This document shows, piece after piece, positions 52,313 to 63,583 of a stretch of 64,000 bases of DNA (position 1 is the stretch's first letter; every line of letters begins with the position of its first letter). Origin of the DNA: Paramoeba atlantica (lineage: Eukaryota > Protista > Discosea). A program made the translations under genes and the position numbers. The DNA is taken from the NCBI GenBank assembly GCA_977017575.1, contig CDRNVI010000052.1:62001-126000 (forward strand). The letters run 5' to 3'. The notes beneath the pieces are model-generated. The model did not search any database. It saw nothing but the letters and a program-made list of their open reading frames with translations, and was not told the origin of the DNA.

Positions 52313-52993
52313 ATGAACAATGCCATCAAAGTTGCAAGACAAAGTATACTTTGCTACCCTCATGCGCGTCTTCTTGCTCCAGCCCGTGTTGTCGGATGCG
52401 ACGAGTTTCCTAAAAGTTTATTCGTCTCTCGACTTCGAAAGCTTCGCGAAAATCTAGAAATTCTGCAAGGCTTTTCAATTGCTGGTCCTCAGATGAATGT
52501 AGATGCTCGTATCATTCTTTTGCGTAAGTTTTCTGGAGTTTTGAAAGGCGGTACGTACACCTACGATGTACTTGTAAACCCTGAAATAAAATATGCTAGC
52601 GACGAGAAAGTTGGTATGTGGGAGGCATGTATGAGTCTTGATGCGCTTCTGTTCTGGGTACTACGTTCTCGTTGCGTTGAAGTTTCTTGTTTAAACGAAT
52701 ACGGGGAACAAGCACACCACTCCCTACAAGGCTTTCGTTCTATACTCTTTCAACATGAGTATTCGCACCTACAGGGAAAGAGCACCATGGATGAAATAGA
52801 AAACCGTGATTACGCGACAACTCGGCTAGCCTCACTACAAAAAAAAGCATGGCCCCGAAATTTTCCTTCATTTGAAGCTTTTACCACACCACTGTATGCC
52901 TTGTTTGATTTTACGTTACATGAAGTCGTCCCGATACCAGAATTGGAGAATGTACGATGTGCTTTTAAACAGCTTGAAAAGCACGATTTTTAA
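52313..52993 (+). CDS. PDF: Peptide deformylase-like protein (probably mitochondrial)
   Basis: Motif 1 GFSIAGPQ, LVNPEI, motif 2 EACMS, motif 3 QHEYSHLQG. Confidence 0.85.
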   Translation: MNNAIKVARQSILCYPHARLLAPARVVGCDEFPKSLFVSRLRKLRENLEILQGFSIAGPQMNVDARIILLRKFSGVLKGGTYTYDVLVNPEIKYASDEKVGMWEACMSLDALLFWVLRSRCVEVSCLNEYGEQAHHSLQGFRSILFQHEYSHLQGKSTMDEIENRDYATTRLASLQKKAWPRNFPSFEAFTTPLYALFDFTLHEVVPIPELENVRCAFKQLEKHDF

Positions 52994-53153
52994 AAATAGT
53001 TTTGAGTCTATTCTCCCCTTGAATTCATCATGCGCACGACTGTTTATGGTACATAGATTATAGTACATAAGGATTGTACATACAATCCTTGGATTGTACA
53101 ATCCAGCTTGTGGCTTCCCATCAGGCTCCAGTGCACTGTAAGAGCTTTTGACC

Positions 53154-53212
53154 CAGAGGTCCGCAAAACTACAAAAACTATTTTATAGTACTATTATAGA
53201 ACTGTAAACTTT
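53154..53212 (+). mobile_element. Solo left end of the 41261 hAT family
   Basis: cagaggtccgcaaaactacaaaaactattttatagtactattatagaactgtaaacttt is near-identical to the sequence starting at 41261. Confidence 0.8.
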
Positions 53213-53602
53213 GAAGAAGTTAGTTTTTACAGTGCCTTAAACTTTGAAGCGCTATAAGGACTTCTCCACTAGAGAACGGTTTACATCCGGTCCAGACATT
53301 TATTCTATATCTAGGAAGAGATTCTTCTAATCGTGAGCTTCGAGCGGCACAAAAACCCACCGCATTCAGTTCGCAAGGTAGGAAAGGCAATAAACAAGTA
53401 CTAACAAATTTAAGAAAACAAGGTTGAAATATAAAATTAATGAGCAGAAATAGAATTCATAACAGAAAAATGAATAAACAAAAGTTCAGATAAAAGTTCT
53501 ATCAGAAATGAGAAAAGTACGAATATTAGTTCAGTTTCACCAAATTATTTTATAATTGATTTCAATATTCACTTCCTCACTTTAACAAATTGCAATCAGC
53601 CA

Positions 53603-54901
53603 ATGTTACGGGTACTGCCTAGTCTCTTTCACCGAAAGTCGCATTCAATTTCCTTCAAGACAGCATTGCGCACTACCAATCAAAGAATAGTTGAATCGAA
53701 CTTTGTAACTGGTCGCACAAACTTATTGACTAATGTGCTTGCTCTTTGGAACGTAAAAGCAGATAAAAACACGAACACGGAAGGCGGAATCTCGAATACT
53801 GAAACCGGGGAAAAAGATGAAAATGAGTCAACTGCAATTATGAAGAGTCAGAAAAAAAGATTATATATCTTAGCGACGACTAAATCAAAAGCGAATTTTG
53901 AAACCTCGCCACCACCCCAACATCTAAACCCATTCTATCAACGTATATTGTCAGAATATCAGACGAATTCGCATTGCCGTATTTTGGGTTTTCCTTACGT
54001 GCACGCTAGGTCCTACCGTAAATGGATTTATGTTCGTACTCCAAAAGGACTTTGCATGATGCTGCGCTTTCGTATGACCGGTTGTCGTAAGGACTTCGTA
54101 TGGACTAGCCAAAAATACTGGAAATATGTTCCTCCTACGCGGCGGAATGCTTTTCACAAGTTATTTCGACGGTTTCAGGAGCTGAAAAAATCGAACAAAT
54201 CAGCGGAAGAATCTTTGCACGAGCTCCTTCAGCACAAATACGATTATTTTCCTGATGCGGAAATCAACAGCATGAGAAAAGTAATTTGTAACTCCCCGAA
54301 AATGCGAGGAACAAATGAGATGCTAAAAGATCTTTCGACGCAGAAATCACAAGGCAATGGACCTACAGTTTCTTTAAAACCATCGACAATGTACGCTTAT
54401 CTATCACGTATTCGCTGCACTCCTGCCTTGCATTATGGCAGAGCACTTCGGGCAATTGTTCGTACCTGTTATCGAGACATTTTTCCTGCCAGCTACGATG
54501 CGTTGCTTCAAACACTTGAAGACCCGCTCATGGAAAATCGATGCGGAAAAGGTACTCTGACGACAAAATCTCTCAACTCAACAAGCAATAGCACGAAAAA
54601 GAATCTAGTTAAAGAAGTACCAAAGATACCTTTACCAAACCTTTCCAGAAAACATGCATTTTTTCATGTAAAATTTTCACATTTTACTCCAGAATTCGTA
54701 CGTGACATTGCTGTTTGGCTCATTAAAAATAACGACACCACGCACCCACCCGATGAGAAAAACATGCCATATGGGTTAACTTACAGCTCGTTAGCGAAAA
54801 GTGGGAAAGACGAAGTGCATCGCTCGTTTATTCGTGAGCGCAATTTTGCTCTAGAAACTTTGTATTGCATAAAACTCCAGAACTTAGAAAATAAAGCGTA
54901 G
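53603..54901 (+). CDS. Hypothetical basic protein (possible mitochondrial presequence)
   Basis: 432-aa ORF starting MLRVLPSLFHRKS; no recognised domain. Confidence 0.7.
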   Translation: MLRVLPSLFHRKSHSISFKTALRTTNQRIVESNFVTGRTNLLTNVLALWNVKADKNTNTEGGISNTETGEKDENESTAIMKSQKKRLYILATTKSKANFETSPPPQHLNPFYQRILSEYQTNSHCRILGFPYVHARSYRKWIYVRTPKGLCMMLRFRMTGCRKDFVWTSQKYWKYVPPTRRNAFHKLFRRFQELKKSNKSAEESLHELLQHKYDYFPDAEINSMRKVICNSPKMRGTNEMLKDLSTQKSQGNGPTVSLKPSTMYAYLSRIRCTPALHYGRALRAIVRTCYRDIFPASYDALLQTLEDPLMENRCGKGTLTTKSLNSTSNSTKKNLVKEVPKIPLPNLSRKHAFFHVKFSHFTPEFVRDIAVWLIKNNDTTHPPDEKNMPYGLTYSSLAKSGKDEVHRSFIRERNFALETLYCIKLQNLENKA

Positions 54902-55570
54902 TGTGTGTATGTGTGTGTGTCTTCCACGCTGAGAAAAGTATGAGACGTTTAGAAAAGATCGGAATACAAAGTATAGCACACAGCTAAAGATTCAGAATTA
55001 TTTTATGAGATCCTATTATGGAAAAGACAGTTGCTACACATACTTGAATTCAAAAACTGGTTTTTTACGAATTATCTTTTTGATGGGCCTGATATTTCTA
55101 GTCATTTTTAGAGACAGATATTGCAATTTTCTGGTTATTTGTTTGTAATTTGGTCTATTGATATTTTTGTTACATTGTTATAACAATTTTATAATAAAGC
55201 ATCTGCTAAATTCCTTATTCAACTCCCATACACAAGGCAAACTACGTTTCATAAAATTGATCTTTGAGAAGTGTTTCGAACATTCATCCAATCGCTTTGG
55301 TACACCTTTTTTATATCTCTTTCTTCACACCAGGCTCCTAACAACAACAGCAAACTCAACTCTACCCTTCCTTATACAACCTTCATTCTCCTCTTTTCTT
55401 CCCTTTTCCCTTCCTCACCCCCTCCCCTCTTTCCCCCCCCCACTCCCCCTACCCCTCCCCCTACCCTCCTTTCTTTATTTTCCTCTACCAAAACCAAAAA
55501 AAAATTTCACAAACCCTATCCCCCTTTACTCCTCTATCTCCCCTCTATCTCTTCCCCCCCCCTCCCCCAT

Positions 55571-56856
55571 ATGAACACCGTAAAATCCCTCTCCCATCTC
55601 CTCGGCCTGGTCGCCCCCCCTACCCCTACCAACACGACCCCCACCCCCCACACCCTCCCCCCCTCCCCCCCCTCCTCCCCCCCTCCCCCCTCTCCCGTCT
55701 CCTCTCCCCCCACACCCCCCTCCCCCTCCGTCACCACATCACCGTCGCGCGGTGGCACACCGACACCCGACCCCCGCTCCATCTCGTGCTCCTCCCCCCG
55801 CTGTACGCCACAGGGGGGGGGTTCTACGGGGGGGTGGGCGCAGCGGCGTGTGGGATGCCCGCAGCGGGGGGAGGGGGGGGAGGGGGGATAGGGGGGGTCG
55901 TGAGCCCGCGGTACCCTCTCCATCTCCACGCGGTGGATGTGCGGGATCATGGGATGACGGGGGATGGGGGGGTAAAGGGGGTGGGGGAGGAAACGGGGGT
56001 TTCGTCGTCTTCGTCTTCGTCTTCGTCTTGTTCTACTTCTGGTTTTAGTGTCGCAGCGGCGTGTGTGGATGTGTTGGGTTTTCTGTCGGGTCCAGTGTTT
56101 GGGGGTTCGCCGGTGTATTTGGTGGGGTATGGTGTGGGTGGGGTGATTGCGTCGGCGGTGGCGATGGCTGCTCCGCATGGGGTGCGAGGGGTGACGGTGA
56201 TCAATGCGAATGTGGTGCGCCCGGGGAGTGTGGGGCTCTCGCCGGCGGCGAAATATTTTCTGAGGTTGGGGAGAAAGGAGGGGGAGGTGGCGGAAATGCT
56301 GGCCGGGGGAAGCGTTCCTTCGTCAGATGAGTTGAATGCTCAAGCGGATAAAAGATTGAAAGAGTGTGGGAGTTTTGATAAAATGAATGAGGAATTGCGT
56401 GAAGTATTTCCGGATCGGAAAGAGCGTATGGTAATGTTGTCCAATATTAAGGAAACAAACGGGGAGTTGGCGTGGAAGATGAATGTTGGAAATATTACAA
56501 GATTCGCCGTAACAGACTTTTTAGCTAATGAAAAGTCGGGAGAGGGGACACGTACTACAGAAAATGGCAAGAAAATTGATGATGAACTATCGGTGGGATC
56601 ATTGCTACTGAACGCTTCAAAAAAGAGCAATGTGCCTTTCCATTGGATACGAGATCAAGATGGGGGCTTTGAGTCTCGCAATGCGCTGCAAAACTTTTTT
56701 TCTGATGCAAAAGCTGAAGATTGGACCAATTTTGGAGGTGCTGACGCAACGCATCGTCTTTTACTCCCACGCGCAGCCGATGTTTTGCATTCTGTCCTGA
56801 ACCGCTTTGATTTGCTGAGTGTAGAGGAAAAGGATGACGATGTCGTAGACAAATAG
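55571..56856 (+). CDS. Alpha/beta-hydrolase-fold (ABHD11-like) protein lacking the nucleophile; apparent frameshift at the C7 run 55614-55620
   Basis: Adding one C joins MNTVKSLSHLLGLVAPP to YPYQHDPH...PPLHLVLLPPLYATG...VYLVGYGVGGVIA..A.AAP..VRGVTVIN...NIKETNGELAWKMNV. Confidence 0.65.
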
Positions 56857-57085
56857 TAATTTCCATCACCAAGTGAGGGTGTATATTCTTTGGATAGAAA
56901 TATGGCTAACATTCTATGGGATAGACTTTCTACGGATAAGTCTCAAAGGATTTTCTATTCGGAATTATAGACTACGTACATGTATATTTGTACGTTCTCT
57001 GAGTCCTGAAATATAATTTACACAATGTATGCACTGCGTTCTCTTCTTGTTTATCTTATCTTTTGAAGATCTTTGTTTCACTAAA

Positions 57086-60000
57086 ATGGCCGCGTCTCCA
57101 AACGAAGTGGAAGAATTAAGTCATTGTATTTCGAATTGGAAAGAACGGTATCTTACACAGCTGAGAGAATTTGCCAGCGGGGCCGCGCTTAGTTCCTTGG
57201 TTGAAACAGATTATGAAGAGAGCTTGCCCCAGCACATTCGAGTCTACTGGCCCATCATTCCTTTTGAAAAGAATCCGGTGGTTCAAAGCGCGGTTGAGCT
57301 GTGTCTGCGCACCACTCCAAGAGTGCAGCAAGTGTCCTTCGGCGTGGCCTTTGCCTCAGGGACTTTGTTGACTGAGATAAGCTCACCTAAGGCCATGCAG
57401 TTTGTCTCAGAAGATGCCGCAGGTTCTTTATTTTCTTCTCTTGCTGGCATAACGAAGGCTCGGCAACGTATTTTTCGCTCTCAAGTTTGGTCTGCCGTTC
57501 TTCTACGAGTCATGGCCGAACAGTCATCTGCAGCGGACGAATTCCTTGGCACTATTTTTCAGAACACTCTTTTAGGACTTCCTTTCAAAATCAACGAGAG
57601 TTCTCCCTCCTCTGGAAACAGAGCCAACTCAATGGATGAATTTTTGACTTCAAATCTGACGATTTCGGATGGGGCTGCGGACAGAGGGGAGCACTTTCTC
57701 GTTCGACTACAGTCCAACGTTGCCTTTGATGCCACATTACACCTTTTAAAGGTGATGCACAGCACCGCCCCCAAAAATATCCGCCTTAACCTTTTGTTTT
57801 CTCGTCTTGAGGAATCCTTAGTTGAGTTGTACAACAAGCACTCCCCTACGGGGAATAAAATTCCCATCGTTCAACTAAAAAGGCTGCTTACCGTAAAAAC
57901 ACACTTACTCCCTTCGCTACGTCTTCCTACATTACAGCGCGTCGTAGAAGAGGACCTCCAAAAATCACTACGAAAACTGCGCCGTCTGCATCCGCAAGAG
58001 AGTCGCCATGCCCATCGTACACCTCACTTTTACGAATCCGAGCTCCAATCCTGTGTCTTAGCATTAGGCCAGCACACGTTGGATCACGACTCTATTCTAT
58101 TGCTTTCACCCCTCTTTCTTAAACATCGTGTAAAGGCTCACATCGCACGAAGCTTTCTCCAAGGTGCTCTGTTTGAGGCGATTCACGCTCGGGCGTCACG
58201 GATGACCACTACGGAGGCCAAGTGGTTGGGTTCCATGCTCCTCTACCATGCATGTCAGGGTGGAAGTAGTCTCCGAGAGACAGCCTACGTATGCTTACGC
58301 GATCTGGCCTGTCTGATCTCATCACGCGATTCTACCCTCGAGGATGGCGCCGCACTTGATACTTCCACTTCCTCGCACTTGTTTCATTTTCTAGGACCAC
58401 GGCTGTTTAAAACACCTGAAGGAGTGGCGTTGCTGACACGAGCCCTGGCTGATGGTTCCGTGGATGGACGTATGCTCTCTTCAGTGACTCAAGCGCTAAC
58501 CGCAAAAGAGTGGAGAGCGCTCATTTGGGATGCAATTTATGAAGGGAAAGGGCGGTCGCTGCATTTCTTGCAAAAATTTTATCGATCTACCGCTTGTCCT
58601 CAAGACGTTATTCCACTCTTAGAATCAGAAGATGGCGATTTTGTCTCAAATTGGGTGAATGAAATCAAGGAACGATTGTTTGACGAGGATGTTGAGTTGT
58701 CGCGAGGTGTAGAATCAGCTCATAGCATTCTTCTCGGATGTGTCCACAGTGTCTCTTTTGCATCCGCAGCACTAGGCACTTTGTTTACTGTACAAAACTC
58801 TGATCTGATGAAAACCTACCTGAGCAATCTCTCTGACTTTATGCTGAACGGAATACGTCAGTGTCGCTCTGCAGGTATTGTTCAAATATTTTTGGACCTT
58901 GTTTTCGCTTCTATATTTCGCACAACTCTGCAAAAGCAGATTACGTGGACGCGGTTCTTAACCAATATAATAATAAACAGCGAATGTGCTACTGAGCAGT
59001 GCGTTGCGGCAATAGGAACCTTGATGAGCGAGCAGGCACTGAGCAGCGAAGTATGTTCTTCGCTGGATGTGTATCAATGTGTGCTTCAGCTTTTGAGTAC
59101 GCCATCAGTCGGTCCACATGTGCAGCTTTTCCACGCTCTACGTGGTAGCACACAAGACGCAGACATGCGCCCTCTTCTTGGTCTCGCGTTCACCTACTGC
59201 GTTCCACGGATGGGAATGGATTATTTATCCGTGTACGCAGATAAAATCTTTGAAGGCTTGTCTCTTCCCACTATCACGCGGGTCTCCAAGGCTCAAGACA
59301 CTTTGAATAGTTTAGGTTCTTATGGTATGGACCCCAATGCCATGGGAACCTTCTTTGTTTGGTTTGAAAAACACTTGGCAAAAATTAATGAAAGGGAATC
59401 AACTGCATCCAATGCGTGGATCGTGTCAATTCGTGATGCCAGCAATGCATGGGCGCAGTGTTGCATTGCCGCTTCAATATATCGCCCTAATTTGCGTACT
59501 TCTCTTGTACAATTGATGCGACGGGAGCTTACGGAAGCCCACAGCCACATTGATCAAAAACCTGATGCATACGCCTGTATGGCCTACGTGACATGCCAAA
59601 TATTTATCCAGCTTTTTCTATTCGTACGCAGGAGCCAGCCCGCACGCCTCGATTTACCCCTGCAGGAAGACATACAGGAAATTCTTTACATTTTGCACAA
59701 TCATCAAGGTTCATTAGAGCAACTCCCCACTCCGCATAGTGCACGCAGCGCACTTCTTTCTCGAGGAACTCTGTCCATTCTGGAGAGCCTTATAGATACG
59801 GATGACACGGTGGACGTGGCCGATTCCGTGTCCAGCGCTTCGATCATTGCAACGGAAATTTTAGCCAACGTCGAGAGAGGCACTCATTCTGACTATTGGA
59901 TGGTTGAGCACTACGGGTCCATGGCTGAACGAATTAAGAGCAAACAGTATTCAATTGAGACCGAAAAAGAAACAGATGCTTCTTTATCAGGCGAGAAACG

Positions 60001-61663
60001 GAGTCTCTCCACGAATGCGCAAGAGCTGTTTCAATTTGATCCCAGAGCCACACGTGTGTTTCCCTCCCCCCGCGACACGCAAGAGATGGAGGAGATGGAC
60101 GTCCTGTCTCGTATTCTACAAGAGCAAGATTTGGATCTCCGTGACAACAGCTCCGAGGACGAGTCTCAAGGAGGCGCAATGGAAAGTTCCACCATCGAAA
60201 GTGCACTCGACACCGCTACCTTTTCTCACTCAAGCAGCATCGGCTCGGAGAGGTCACATTCCGCTCACCTTGGTTCCACCACCGAGGCCGCCACCTCGGA
60301 ACAAAACCGATCCAAATCCGTATCCCCCGAAATCGTATCAACCCTCCCCCCGCAACCCTACCCCCCCGGACCCGCTCGCGACCCCTCCTGGCCCACCACC
60401 GCACCCAACAGCCACGGCTCCACCTCCCACCTCCGTCCCTCCTCCTCATCCTCTGCCGGAAGCAGCCCCGTGATCCCCGCGCTTACCCAGCCCCCCTCCC
60501 ACCGTACCCCCTCCCCTGCGCTCTCCCCCTCCCCGGCCTCCACAGCCTCCTCTCTTCGCCACCTCCTGCTTCGTCACGTGCGGTACCAAAATGCAGCCAC
60601 GATACTGAAAGAGATTGCAGAGGAGACCCCCTGGCGGGGAAGCGAATTTCACGCAATCCAACACAATCCACGAAATCGCACAGAGGAAAAGACGACCATG
60701 ACGAGACCTCCAACCCGGTCGTGTTCAAATACGGAAGAGACCAATTTGGTTTTGTCTCCTGGATTCGCCCAGCATCCGTTTACCCCTACCCTTGAGGTTT
60801 TACGCTCCCGTAACGCGTTAAAGCCCTACATGGTGTTACTACAAAAAGCGACGGCACGGCAGGACATGTCCTCCGCGGTGAAGGATCTGATCCCTGCGCT
60901 ACGAAGGCTACGGACCGCAGCGACGCGTGAGGATTTAACCCCCGCGACCCCACGGAAAGGGCGGGAGCCTCACCCGGGGGAGTTGGCCACACAATCTCCA
61001 CAAAGTGCGTATGATGGAAAGGATTATGGGGGGGGAAGGCTTTCAAGAAGAGATTGCGGTCGTGTGGAGAACTCACCACGTTCGCGAAGTACAACACGGG
61101 TCCGGTTTCACTCTCCCAGTCCGGTGAAGGGGAGTTGGGTTGCCGCTGAGTTAGCCTCCCGTCGTCCAGTCTCGAGGATACGGTCAACCAGTTTAATGCG
61201 CGGACCGGGGTCAAATGATGTCATACGGCAAGCCTGTGCGGTGCAACATGTAGACACAACGCTACGGGAACTCTCCCCAAGTGGGAAAATGGTTTCTTCG
61301 GTAGCTCGGGAGGTAGACTCGAAGGGGTTGTCTCATCCGTATTCTGTTCTGGCACAGTCGGGACGACACAGGTCTGTGTCCAGTCCCCCACGCGTGCGAC
61401 ATCGTAGCGCACAGGAGATGAGAGAAGCACAGGACCAACTAGAAGGGGAGGAGGTGGCAATGAATGCACCACTGACACAACCCAGTCCTAGCCGATTGCC
61501 CCGGATGGTCCCGAAGGAGCCTCATGAGTTGTTAGGTCCTACAGCGTTTCCCGCGCGTCCTCCGGTGCTGCAGGGAAGTGGGCCGAAATCGGTGTTACCG
61601 GGTGGCACACGTGAGACGTTTCCGAATCCCGTGCGCCAGATGCGGTTTAGTGACGTATTGTAG
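57086..61663 (+). CDS. Hypothetical protein of about 1525 aa: helical N-terminal two-thirds, Ser/Pro/Arg-rich disordered tail
   Basis: Long ORF (open from 57029; likely ATG at 57086); no recognised domain. Confidence 0.8.
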   Translation: MAASPNEVEELSHCISNWKERYLTQLREFASGAALSSLVETDYEESLPQHIRVYWPIIPFEKNPVVQSAVELCLRTTPRVQQVSFGVAFASGTLLTEISSPKAMQFVSEDAAGSLFSSLAGITKARQRIFRSQVWSAVLLRVMAEQSSAADEFLGTIFQNTLLGLPFKINESSPSSGNRANSMDEFLTSNLTISDGAADRGEHFLVRLQSNVAFDATLHLLKVMHSTAPKNIRLNLLFSRLEESLVELYNKHSPTGNKIPIVQLKRLLTVKTHLLPSLRLPTLQRVVEEDLQKSLRKLRRLHPQESRHAHRTPHFYESELQSCVLALGQHTLDHDSILLLSPLFLKHRVKAHIARSFLQGALFEAIHARASRMTTTEAKWLGSMLLYHACQGGSSLRETAYVCLRDLACLISSRDSTLEDGAALDTSTSSHLFHFLGPRLFKTPEGVALLTRALADGSVDGRMLSSVTQALTAKEWRALIWDAIYEGKGRSLHFLQKFYRSTACPQDVIPLLESEDGDFVSNWVNEIKERLFDEDVELSRGVESAHSILLGCVHSVSFASAALGTLFTVQNSDLMKTYLSNLSDFMLNGIRQCRSAGIVQIFLDLVFASIFRTTLQKQITWTRFLTNIIINSECATEQCVAAIGTLMSEQALSSEVCSSLDVYQCVLQLLSTPSVGPHVQLFHALRGSTQDADMRPLLGLAFTYCVPRMGMDYLSVYADKIFEGLSLPTITRVSKAQDTLNSLGSYGMDPNAMGTFFVWFEKHLAKINERESTASNAWIVSIRDASNAWAQCCIAASIYRPNLRTSLVQLMRRELTEAHSHIDQKPDAYACMAYVTCQIFIQLFLFVRRSQPARLDLPLQEDIQEILYILHNHQGSLEQLPTPHSARSALLSRGTLSILESLIDTDDTVDVADSVSSASIIATEILANVERGTHSDYWMVEHYGSMAERIKSKQYSIETEKETDASLSGEKRSLSTNAQELFQFDPRATRVFPSPRDTQEMEEMDVLSRILQEQDLDLRDNSSEDESQGGAMESSTIESALDTATFSHSSSIGSERSHSAHLGSTTEAATSEQNRSKSVSPEIVSTLPPQPYPPGPARDPSWPTTAPNSHGSTSHLRPSSSSSAGSSPVIPALTQPPSHRTPSPALSPSPASTASSLRHLLLRHVRYQNAATILKEIAEETPWRGSEFHAIQHNPRNRTEEKTTMTRPPTRSCSNTEETNLVLSPGFAQHPFTPTLEVLRSRNALKPYMVLLQKATARQDMSSAVKDLIPALRRLRTAATREDLTPATPRKGREPHPGELATQSPQSAYDGKDYGGGRLSRRDCGRVENSPRSRSTTRVRFHSPSPVKGSWVAAELASRRPVSRIRSTSLMRGPGSNDVIRQACAVQHVDTTLRELSPSGKMVSSVAREVDSKGLSHPYSVLAQSGRHRSVSSPPRVRHRSAQEMREAQDQLEGEEVAMNAPLTQPSPSRLPRMVPKEPHELLGPTAFPARPPVLQGSGPKSVLPGGTRETFPNPVRQMRFSDVL

Positions 61664-62097
61664 TAGAGTGTACTTTTTTTGTGCACATTTTTTATTCCGT
61701 TTAAATTGTTGATATTTCGGTGGATAGGTACTATCTTGTGGGTATACACCATGCGTTTTGATAGTTTCAATGTAGATTTTGCAATAAATTCTCTTCTGGT
61801 TTTAGTACAGTGTTGTACAATGTAGCAGGTATTTCGTTTCTTACAAATTGAGAAAACGAAATGTCACGGAAGTTTAGACAATTTAGTATGCGCCATACGC
61901 TTTGTTCATAACGTACTAGAAGTTTCACTCGAAACTTTTTAGATTTCAACAACTTTAACATCTTCGCAATTTTAACATCTGGTATCATACACGTATTTCT
62001 TATTTTCTATACATATTAATCTATCCTTGTTAAAACCTTCTGTTCTCCTGTTATATCACATTTCTATTATCCAATCTTTACTCAACTGCTACACCCC

Positions 62098-62883
62098 ATG
62101 TTTTGTCTACCACTTTCTCTTGCTCCTCGTTCCATATCCAAAGTAGCAGGAAAAATCCCGATAGCTACCGAGAAAGTCAAAGCGTTGTCTAAAACACCGA
62201 AAACATCCCCTAGCTCCAATAACCCAAGCTCGACCCCGATGCCCCATCCAGTAGATTTACGACGACGACATCAAAACCTCTACGTCCCCGGGATGCACTC
62301 GTTTCTTCTCTCCGAGCACCATCTCACGCAAGAGGTAGCGCGGCAAGAGGAGGCATGGCGCCGCAGACTAAACATGGTCTACGATAAGGAGAATTTTCCA
62401 CGCCCCACATGGAGTAAGTCCAGCACATATGATATCGAATTCTGCAAGCCCGCAACCATAGAAAAGGGCAATACCCCATTGGATGAAGCTCATCAAATCG
62501 AGTCGAATGTACGCACCAAAAAAGGTAAGAAGTCATCCCGAAATACCCAGCAGGTTTTGGAGAAAAAATCTCCATCTCCTCATGCAGGTTCGTTGAACAC
62601 ACAATTTTCAGCATCATCAAAACAAGATAAAAAAGAGTTTTGGGATCCACAAAGTGACTACTGGGGTATGCTGACCTCAGCCATCGCGGGTACCGTGGTG
62701 GGGTTCTACTTAGTCGACTGTGTTTTGGAGGGGAAGGAGGGGGTGCGGCTCCCCTATGACCCCGTTGTGGGGTTTCATCCCACGATACAGGAGCATGAGG
62801 GGAGGAGTGAGGCATACAACCAATTGGTGGAGCAGGATATAAGGGAGGGGATTGAAAAGTCGAAGGCAAAGGTGCTGTCATAG
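62098..62883 (+). CDS. Hypothetical protein with one predicted TM segment
   Basis: YWGMLTSAIAGTVVGFYLVDCVL hydrophobic segment; 261 aa. Confidence 0.7.
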   Translation: MFCLPLSLAPRSISKVAGKIPIATEKVKALSKTPKTSPSSNNPSSTPMPHPVDLRRRHQNLYVPGMHSFLLSEHHLTQEVARQEEAWRRRLNMVYDKENFPRPTWSKSSTYDIEFCKPATIEKGNTPLDEAHQIESNVRTKKGKKSSRNTQQVLEKKSPSPHAGSLNTQFSASSKQDKKEFWDPQSDYWGMLTSAIAGTVVGFYLVDCVLEGKEGVRLPYDPVVGFHPTIQEHEGRSEAYNQLVEQDIREGIEKSKAKVLS

Positions 62884-63084
62884 AAATCAGATACATGTAG
62901 TCCATGCATTTTTATGGCACATAAACAGGTCGTGATCTTGAGTGCTTTGTGATGTACGCCCAATGAAGCAACTTTGACATACATGTGCAATTTGTAATTG
63001 TGCCAAAGATTATTCGCTGAGATAAATTAAAGTTCATGGCTTAAATCTTGTTTTCCATGTTTTTCCTATGAAATCGGACACACT

Positions 63085-63372
63085 ATGTCCACTATAAAAT
63101 GTCGATGTGGTACCGATTCCGAAGAGGCTCACAGAAAATGGGTGGCATGCGATACATGCGGAGTATGGATGCACGCAGACTGCATGGGAATTGTAACTGA
63201 AGAAGGATTTGAAACGATCAAGCATCGTCCATTTTATTGCGATCCATGTCGGTCATCTTTCGTAAAAGACAGAGAGGATGTCTCTGAAACTGTACGGATA
63301 ATTTCTGAGGAATGCATACGATTTCGAAACTACTTGCTGAGGCAGAAATCAGTGTCCTCCAAATCCGTTTAG
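63085..63372 (+). CDS. Small PHD-finger protein
   Basis: CRC...WVACDTCGVWMHADC...FYCDPC (C4HC3). Confidence 0.88.
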   Translation: MSTIKCRCGTDSEEAHRKWVACDTCGVWMHADCMGIVTEEGFETIKHRPFYCDPCRSSFVKDREDVSETVRIISEECIRFRNYLLRQKSVSSKSV

Positions 63373-63583
63373 TGATACAATGTACATGTATAGTGTCGTT
63401 AAACTCCTTGCAGTTATATTAGAGAAACATTAAATGTTTATTGGGCATACGGAAGCCGCGTATGGTACACTAATTGGTATGGTACATTATTGATTAGGAA
63501 CAATATTGGTTAGGAAGCTTTTGAATTATCACAGTCAGAACAAATTAGTGCTCTTTATTTCTTTTCAAAAAATCTTTTTCTTT

